This document shows positions 32,835 through 38,563 of a stretch of 38,563 nucleotides of DNA, piece by piece. The position numbers and the translations under genes are program-made. This DNA comes from Candidatus Methanomethylophilaceae archaeon (GTDB lineage Archaea > Thermoplasmatota > Thermoplasmata > Methanomassiliicoccales > Methanomethylophilaceae), in assembly GCA_035271005.1 (NCBI GenBank), contig DATESF010000011.1, forward strand, positions 1 to 38,563, read 5' to 3'. The notes under the pieces were generated by a model. That model was not told where the DNA came from. It saw only the letters and a list, made by a program, of their open reading frames with translations, and did no database searches. The stretch's first letter is position 1. Each line of letters opens with the position of its first letter.

Positions 32835-33221
32835 TTACGATCTCTTCCAAATATCGTCTGGAAGCTCATCATAGACAGTATCTTCTGCTTCTGCCTCGAC
32901 TTCCTTAATGCCGATATTTTCTATAAGGGCTTCAATCCTCTTCTTTCTAAAGAGCCAGAAGTGGATTCTCCACTCTCTTCCGTCGTACAGAGTCGTCTCC
33001 TCACGTTCAGTAGTGAGTATACCTGCATCCTCAAGCATATAGAACGCGTCCCGATCTTCGGGCTCAAGTATGTTATCGATTATTCTGTCAGAATATCCGA
33101 AAAAGTTCAGGACGTGAAGTGCCAGCAAGTAAGCTTCCTCTTCCTCCATCTCTCTGTTCGCTTCTGTTATTCCGTTCCTAATAGCTTGTGTAAGCTCTTC
33201 AACTGTTATCGTTACTTCCAT
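32835..33221 (-). CDS. Hypothetical acidic 128-aa protein immediately upstream of xpd
   Basis: An AGGAG SD lies 8 nt upstream of its ATG, 16 nt after the serA stop. No family recognised by inspection. Confidence 0.6.
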   Translation of the reverse strand: MEVTITVEELTQAIRNGITEANREMEEEEAYLLALHVLNFFGYSDRIIDNILEPEDRDAFYMLEDAGILTTEREETTLYDGREWRIHFWLFRKKRIEALIENIGIKEVEAEAEDTVYDELPDDIWKRS

Positions 33222-33237
33222 GGGTTCTTCTCCTTAC

Positions 33238-34824
33238 TTAGTTGTCTACAAGGTCGATAAACTTTGCGTCTTTCGCTCCCGAGACTTTTACTATGTTCTT
33301 TAGGACGTCTGGTTGAACGTCCTGATCTACTATAAGCAGCATTAAAGCGTTATCTTCGGACCTTCCCACTGCCATCTGTGCCACATTGATGTTAGCGTCA
33401 CCTATTGCAGTTCCTATCTTACCAATCATCCCTGGTGCGTCCTTGTATCTGACGTAAACGATATCGCCGGACATTGGTACTTCGAAACTATAATCGTCTA
33501 TACCTACAAGTCTCGGCTGTCCGCCGAAGACTGTGCCCCGTATCGTTCTGGATTCTTTTCCAGATATTGTTTTAACTTCAATTATATTAGTATAATCTAC
33601 TGCTTCATCGGTAGACGATTCTTTGATCGTGATGCCTTTACCTTTAGCTATAGGTAAAGCATTGATAATGTTCGCCTGTCCAGGACCGATTATGTACTTC
33701 AGTACGCCCATTACAGTGTATGTGGTAAGCATCTTAGTCTGCTTGGATGCTAGGTCACCACAATAAGTAATCTCCAATCCATCGATAGGTGCATTGCCGT
33801 TCAACTGATGTGCCAGTACCCCCATGCGCTCTGCAAGAGGAACGTACTGTTCTGTTTCTGGATCAAGCTTACCCCGTGGTGCGTTGATTGCATTTGTAAT
33901 CATACCGTCTTTAAGGAATCTAACGGCTGCTTCAGCCACTTCGGTAGCCACACGTTCCTGTGCTTCTACCGTACTAGCGCCTAAATGAGGCGTTGTAATA
34001 ATATTATCAAGTTCGAGAAGCTTTTTGTTTGCTTCACAAATAGGTTCTTCGCACCAAACATCGAATGCTGCTCCAGCTATGGTTTTGTTCTTTAATGCAA
34101 CGTAAAGTGCTTCTTCATCTACGATGCCGCCACGAGCAACATTAGCCAATCTAGCGTTAGATTTCATCATGTTGAACTGATCTGTAGAAATCATATTCCT
34201 AGTGTCAGGAAGTAGAGGCGTATGAATAGTCATAAAATCAGATATCTTAAGAACCTCTTCTAAAGTGGTAAGACGGACTCCGATACTATCTGCTACATCC
34301 TTTGGTAAGAATGGATCGTATCCTACCATTGTCATATTGAATGCCTTAAGACGTTTTGCGACTTCTCCGCCTACACGACCGACACCTATGATACCTAGGA
34401 TTTTGCCGTTCAGCTCTACGCCTGTATATTTGGCGCGTTTCCACTCGCCTCTGTGCATAGAATCGTGAGCGAATGGTATGTTTCTAGCTAATGAGAGTAA
34501 AAGCGCACAAGTATGTTCAGCTGCTGAAAGAATGTTAGCAGATGGAGTATTCATAACAAGAATACCTCTCTCTGTTGCCGCGGTAACGTCTATATTATCC
34601 ACGCCTACGCCAGCACGACCGATTACGCGTAATTTCTTAGCAGCATCGATAACTTTTTTTGTTACGTTGGTGCCTGACCTGATTATCAAACAGTCGTAAT
34701 CGCCTATAATTTTACAAAGATCATCCTCAGAAAGATCGAACTTCTCATCTACAGGGAAACCTGAATCCCTTAGAATATTGAGTCCCTCTTTGCTGAGCGG
34801 GTCAGAAACTAGAATTTTTGTCAT
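33238..34824 (-). CDS. serA: D-3-phosphoglycerate dehydrogenase (long form with ASB/ACT domains)
   Basis: 528 aa. GIIGVGRVGGEVA (NAD motif), N.ARGGIVDE and TPHLGAST, plus a C-terminal ACT-like region. Confidence 0.95.
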   Translation of the reverse strand: MTKILVSDPLSKEGLNILRDSGFPVDEKFDLSEDDLCKIIGDYDCLIIRSGTNVTKKVIDAAKKLRVIGRAGVGVDNIDVTAATERGILVMNTPSANILSAAEHTCALLLSLARNIPFAHDSMHRGEWKRAKYTGVELNGKILGIIGVGRVGGEVAKRLKAFNMTMVGYDPFLPKDVADSIGVRLTTLEEVLKISDFMTIHTPLLPDTRNMISTDQFNMMKSNARLANVARGGIVDEEALYVALKNKTIAGAAFDVWCEEPICEANKKLLELDNIITTPHLGASTVEAQERVATEVAEAAVRFLKDGMITNAINAPRGKLDPETEQYVPLAERMGVLAHQLNGNAPIDGLEITYCGDLASKQTKMLTTYTVMGVLKYIIGPGQANIINALPIAKGKGITIKESSTDEAVDYTNIIEVKTISGKESRTIRGTVFGGQPRLVGIDDYSFEVPMSGDIVYVRYKDAPGMIGKIGTAIGDANINVAQMAVGRSEDNALMLLIVDQDVQPDVLKNIVKVSGAKDAKFIDLVDN

Positions 34825-35888
34825 TTCATCTCATCCAGTATTTCGTCCATGACACTTAGTAAGCCTTTAACCCTTGCCTGGGTAAGGTCTCCCATGTGCC
34901 CTATCCTGAACGTCTTTTCTTTGATACCACCGTAACCGTTGGATATCTCGTATCCTCGAGTCTTCAGTGCAACATGGAACTTGTCAAAATCTAGACTGCC
35001 GCGGTTCAAAACACCGATAGTGTTAGACTGAACCCCTTCGTCAGGGAATATTCCATATAATTTATCAGCCCAGACTCTAACAAGGTCGGCCATCTCCTGA
35101 TGGCGCCTGTAGCGAGCTGACATACCTTCCTTCAGCATTCTATCTAACTGGAAATCCAGAGCATACATTAGAGATACTGGAGGCGTGGTTAATGCATAGT
35201 TAACATCGCTCTGTTTTTTTATTTTCAAAAGATCTGTATAGAATCCGCGATTCTCAACTTTAGAAGCTTTCTTAAGCATCTTTTCCGAGCAAGCCATCAT
35301 ACCTAAGCCTGGAGGCATTGCTAACGCTTTTTGAGTTCCAAACATAAGAGCATCCGGCTCCAGTTCCTTCATATGAAGGTCCATTGCGAAAGATGATGTT
35401 ACAGCGTCAATTATAATTAAAGAATCAGGATTTTGATTACGTACTTCATCGGCAATTGCTGTTGAGTCGCTGAACACTCCGGTAGAGGACTCGTTGCTGA
35501 CCCAGTGGACAGCTTCAATATCCTTCTTGACTTTGTTAGTGATATGTTCTGGTTTGATGCCTTTGCCTAATGGCACTTCTACCTTTTCAACAGTTTTACC
35601 ATTAAGTTCTCCGATTTCTATTGATCTATCGCCGAAAGATCCGCCTGTTATGCCAAGAGACTTTTTAGAAATTCCATTCCTAATCGCACCTTCAATCATT
35701 ACCGTTGAAGAACCACCAACAAGGAAAATATCCATGTCGGTATCCAATGATTTACGGATCTTTTCAACTATGTCTGAATGAAGTTGCTTGTATTCTTTGG
35801 ACCTGTGTGTTATTATCGGCCTGGTCATAGCCTCAAGTATTTCTGGCTCTACGTTTACGGGGCCTACGGTGAAAAGTTGTCTACTCAA
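34821..35888 (-). CDS. Class V aminotransferase, probable archaeal-type phosphoserine aminotransferase
   Basis: 355 aa. Contains the ..GPVNV.. N-terminus, IIIDAVTSS and FGTQKAL (PLP lysine). It overlaps serA by 4 nt, which supports a role in serine biosynthesis. TTG start. Confidence 0.75.
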   Translation of the reverse strand: MSRQLFTVGPVNVEPEILEAMTRPIITHRSKEYKQLHSDIVEKIRKSLDTDMDIFLVGGSSTVMIEGAIRNGISKKSLGITGGSFGDRSIEIGELNGKTVEKVEVPLGKGIKPEHITNKVKKDIEAVHWVSNESSTGVFSDSTAIADEVRNQNPDSLIIIDAVTSSFAMDLHMKELEPDALMFGTQKALAMPPGLGMMACSEKMLKKASKVENRGFYTDLLKIKKQSDVNYALTTPPVSLMYALDFQLDRMLKEGMSARYRRHQEMADLVRVWADKLYGIFPDEGVQSNTIGVLNRGSLDFDKFHVALKTRGYEISNGYGGIKEKTFRIGHMGDLTQARVKGLLSVMDEILDEMK

Positions 35889-35977
35889 ACGGAATCCCTC
35901 TGTTCGTCATGCCACCGGCAAACGAACGATAACGACTATGCCTTAACCTATATTTATTTTGACGGACGCACTAGAGT

Positions 35978-37132
35978 TCACAGGTTGGCTAAGAAGGATT
36001 TGATCCTGCCAAGTCCCTCACGAATCTGATCTTCGCTGGTGGCGTAAGAAATTCTGAAATATCCTTCCCCTGCAGGTCCGAAGGCAGAACCTGGTGTGAC
36101 TGCAACGTGGGCCTGCTCCAATAACATCGTAGCAAGTTTGTTAGACTTTATATCAACGTCATATCTGGGGAATAAGTAGAATGCACCCTTGGGAATGTTA
36201 ACATCGAGGCCTTTCATCTCTGTGATAAGATCAACCGCCAAGTCTCTACGCTGAGTAAACTTTTTGACGAACTCAAGACGCTCGCTCTGATCTCCTTTGA
36301 TAGCTTCTATTGAGGCTTGTTGTGCAAATGACACGCAACAAGATATCGAGTGAGATTGTAATTTGTTAAGATTGCCAATTGTTTCTTCGTTAGCTATAGC
36401 CCATCCCATCCTCCATCCGGTCATGGCATAGGTTTTAGAAAGTCCAGAAACGGTGATAGTTCTGTCAAACATATCAGGAAGGGATGCCATAGAGATGTGC
36501 TTGCCTTCGTAGATTACTTTCTCGTAAATCTCGTCAGATAGCACCATAATGTCATGCTCTGTAGCTATCGACGCTATTTCTTTAAGCACGCTTTCAGGAA
36601 TAACACATCCTGTAGGATTAGAGGGTGAATTGATAATCATCATCTTTGTGTTTGGAGTGATTGCTGCTTCCAGCAATGCCGGATCAATTACGAAACCGTC
36701 TTCAAAGTAAGTAGGTACGAACACTGGTATCGCACCAGCAAGGCGAATACATGCCTCGTAGGATACCCATGCAGGATTTGGAAGAAGGACTTCGTCACCA
36801 GGATCAAGATAAGCCAAACAAGTCATGAATATGGCCTGTTTAGTTGGAGTGATAAGAACATTTGCGCCTCTACAAGGAATATTGTTCTCGCTATGTGCAG
36901 CCTCAGCCACAGCACGTCTTAACTCAGGGATTCCGAGAGATGGAGTATAGTGTGTAAAACCTCGATCTAAGGAGTCTTTACAAGAATCAACTATGTTCAT
37001 AGGGGTTGCAAAATCGGGCTCTCCCATGGAGAACGAGATTATGTCCTCTCCTTCTGCCTTTAATCTACTGACCTTGTTAGAAATAGCTATAGTTCCCGAC
37101 GCTGGAACATTCTGAAGTCTTCTTGATACCAT
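35978..37132 (-). CDS. aspC: Class I/II pyridoxal-phosphate aminotransferase (aspartate aminotransferase type)
   Basis: ISFSMGEPDFATP, NSPSNPTG and SGLSKTYAMTGWR.G (PLP lysine). ATG at 37132, with GTG 37138 as an alternative. TATA-like ATTATATATC at 37180-37171. Confidence 0.85.
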   Translation of the reverse strand: MVSRRLQNVPASGTIAISNKVSRLKAEGEDIISFSMGEPDFATPMNIVDSCKDSLDRGFTHYTPSLGIPELRRAVAEAAHSENNIPCRGANVLITPTKQAIFMTCLAYLDPGDEVLLPNPAWVSYEACIRLAGAIPVFVPTYFEDGFVIDPALLEAAITPNTKMMIINSPSNPTGCVIPESVLKEIASIATEHDIMVLSDEIYEKVIYEGKHISMASLPDMFDRTITVSGLSKTYAMTGWRMGWAIANEETIGNLNKLQSHSISCCVSFAQQASIEAIKGDQSERLEFVKKFTQRRDLAVDLITEMKGLDVNIPKGAFYLFPRYDVDIKSNKLATMLLEQAHVAVTPGSAFGPAGEGYFRISYATSEDQIREGLGRIKSFLANL

Positions 37133-37192
37133 CAACACACCCGTAGATTACCGAATTGTTATCATTTGAAGATATATAATGTGCCCGTCGAA

Positions 37193-38266
37193 TTAGGTCA
37201 ATATAGATTTGAGTCGACCAGTCTCTGCAGCTTCCTTTATATCCAAAGCCATCCGACCTGCTGTACTGAGTCCAGGATAAATAAAGTCAGAATACGGAGA
37301 TCCGGATATGAAGGGGTTGGTACCTGCTACTATTCTAGCGGAAACTTCGAAGACTTTGAACTGTAATTTGTCGTTCACTACGGTTTCCAAACAGAAGGGC
37401 CCCCATATGCCTCCAAACATTTCGTAAGCACGGTCGACTACCAGTTGTCCCATCTCAAAAGCTTTCGGAAGTAAAGATTCTCGTAATACAACAGGAGTAT
37501 TTCCTGTGACTACGAATGACGGATACAGTCCGTGTCTCTTTGAATCCTCAATAGATCCAAGCTTGTACATCTCGTCGATGTTACTCTCGTCACGACGGTC
37601 CATAGAAAGTAATTCCAAAGAACCACCATTTTCACATAAGTAACCGTCTTTCTTATTCGGATCGTAAAAGAAATGAATGTAATATCTGGTGCCCAAACAA
37701 TATTCCTGTATCGTATACGGTTGGGTATTATCGATAGCCATCTTGAAGTCTGGGTAGTCCTTCGCGATAAAGAATCCACGTCCGCCTTTAGCTCCATGAT
37801 ACTTTACCATCACTGGTTCATGTATCTCTCGAGCATCGGATATCAAACGTGGCATAGGAACTCCTGCAGAAGTTATCCATTCTCTCTGCATCTCCCTGTC
37901 TGATTCCCATGCTAAAACACCACGGTTACCGTAAGAAGGTACAGCAAAATCTTCGAATCTTCTGGCGCCCATATATTCAACGAAAGATCCATGGGGAATT
38001 ATGATCGTGTTCATATCATGAAGTTCGCCGATACGAGATTCCATCTCGTCGAAATCCTTGTATTTAATTATCTTATCCGGCTTAGCCAGAGGAAAAGCAT
38101 CATAGTATCTAGTGTCATGAGAAACAGTCAATCCCAATGTTTTGAAGCCTAACTTACGTGCACCGTGAAAAATCTGAAGTGAAGAATGTGAACAAAGTGT
38201 CGCAATGGTAATGTCGGCGGGATCATAACCGTCAATAATATCATCAATCTTCTTTTTTGGAACCAT
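37193..38266 (-). CDS. purP: Formate-dependent FAICAR synthetase (5-formaminoimidazole-4-carboxamide ribonucleotide synthetase), ATP-grasp
   Basis: 357 aa. ITIATLCSHSSLQIFHGARKLGFKT, ..KYHGAKGGRGFF.. and the C-terminal block GPFCLETVV..FEVSARIVAGTN match archaeal PurP as I recall it. A TATA-like box lies about 28 nt upstream of the ATG. Confidence 0.9.
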   Translation of the reverse strand: MVPKKKIDDIIDGYDPADITIATLCSHSSLQIFHGARKLGFKTLGLTVSHDTRYYDAFPLAKPDKIIKYKDFDEMESRIGELHDMNTIIIPHGSFVEYMGARRFEDFAVPSYGNRGVLAWESDREMQREWITSAGVPMPRLISDAREIHEPVMVKYHGAKGGRGFFIAKDYPDFKMAIDNTQPYTIQEYCLGTRYYIHFFYDPNKKDGYLCENGGSLELLSMDRRDESNIDEMYKLGSIEDSKRHGLYPSFVVTGNTPVVLRESLLPKAFEMGQLVVDRAYEMFGGIWGPFCLETVVNDKLQFKVFEVSARIVAGTNPFISGSPYSDFIYPGLSTAGRMALDIKEAAETGRLKSILT

Positions 38267-38408
38267 ATCCTATGATAGTTCTAATGCATTTAAAGATTAG
38301 GTCTGTACGCCAATAGAACGGTATTCGGAATATTCGGCGGACCCCCGGATTAAGTTTTATAGTGTAAAACCGTAAGAGTGGTTATCCGCATTAGCGGAGG
38401 TCGATAAA

Positions 38409-38563
38409 ATGGATGAACAAGAACTAACACCCCACTATGAAGAACTGAAAAGGGTGCTGAAGGATAAGGTCGACGACACCGAACTCATGAACGAACTGAA
38501 AAAGTATGTCAACGAGTTCCACGTCTCTCCCGAAGCAGCCAAAAGAGGAATACTCCGTAAGCA
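38409..38563 (+). CDS. Hypothetical protein, N-terminal 51 codons only (runs off the right edge)
   Basis: The ATG is preceded by GGAGG 8 nt upstream. MDEQELTPHYEELKRVLKDKVDDTELMNELKKYVNEFHVSPEAAKRGILRK.. is helical and charged. The function cannot be assigned from this fragment. Confidence 0.5.
   Translation, partial: MDEQELTPHYEELKRVLKDKVDDTELMNELKKYVNEFHVSPEAAKRGILRK

Noticed and set aside
30916-33221. XPD helicase plus small ORFs as a helicase-based defence module.
   Set aside because: The helicase has the complete XPD/Rad3 Fe-S domain and DEAH signature and a typical length. It is embedded in a serine biosynthesis / housekeeping operon. No nuclease, methylase or other defence-associated domain lies adjacent.
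1-38563. CRISPR arrays, tRNA/rRNA genes, IS elements, integrases and defence or toxin-antitoxin modules.
   Set aside because: Non-coding stretches are few, at most 294 bp, and A/T-rich. None shows spaced direct repeats of CRISPR size or a tRNA-like GC-rich cloverleaf. The only tandem repeats are 9-bp and 12-bp in-frame codon repeats in kptA. Every large ORF except three or four small or orphan ones has a housekeeping assignment.

Overview
This is a compact, gene-dense archaeal chromosomal segment. I call 43 protein-coding genes, 2 of them truncated by the window edges, and about 95% of the window is coding. I found no rRNA, tRNA, CRISPR array, transposase, integrase or obvious defence or toxin-antitoxin genes.

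Gene order:
- nuoDCBA (Fpo-like complex I module, minus strand), divergent from proC.
- An 11-gene co-directional minus-strand array with 4-8 nt stop/start overlaps or gaps of at most 29 nt: RNase III-domain protein, ribose-1,5-bisphosphate isomerase, form III RuBisCO, AMP phosphorylase, CE4-type deacetylase, folD, kptA, TiaS-kinase-like protein, uppS, B12-domain radical-SAM enzyme.
- An orphan 500-aa protein on the plus strand.
- A second minus-strand array: membrane protein, TFS, PCNA, split transketolase, transaldolase, geranylgeranyl reductase, trm5.
- beta-CASP RNase plus nadC, hdrCB, purH, and a GltB-FMN-domain protein.
- METTL5-like methylase, csl4, a 52-aa ORF and a THUMP-less thiI.
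- class V aminotransferase, serA, a 128-aa ORF, XPD and an 84-aa ORF, then aspC, purP and a truncated ORF.

The gene content (Fpo-like nuo, hdrBC, the AMP-salvage RuBisCO trio, folD with purH and purP, csl4, TFS, PCNA) plus the complete absence of TAG stop codons fits a Thermoplasmata or Methanomassiliicoccales-type, pyrrolysine-decoding euryarchaeote. That assignment is an inference.

First genes of apparent transcription units have A/T-rich TATA-like boxes about 24-30 nt upstream of the start codon, which suggests leaderless or near-leaderless mRNAs. Internal genes carry GGAGG/GGTGA Shine-Dalgarno sequences.

I do not see a convincing novel multi-gene system such as a defence island. The region reads as core housekeeping. 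The items most worth follow-up are:
1. Two conserved enzymes (purH and the thiI-like gene) whose conserved N-termini can only be encoded from a non-ATG/GTG/TTG start, probably CTG with a well-spaced SD.
2. 0 of 41 TAG stops.
3. A TiaS-kinase-domain paralogue translationally coupled to the RNA 2'-phosphotransferase KptA.
4. An orphan Cys-rich 500-aa protein divergent from a Mini-III-like RNase III.
5. A Tes/GDGT-MAS-like B12-radical-SAM gene coupled to uppS.
6. A recurring CG-rich WTAAYGCGAG motif next to promoters, which also forms an inverted repeat bracketing proC.
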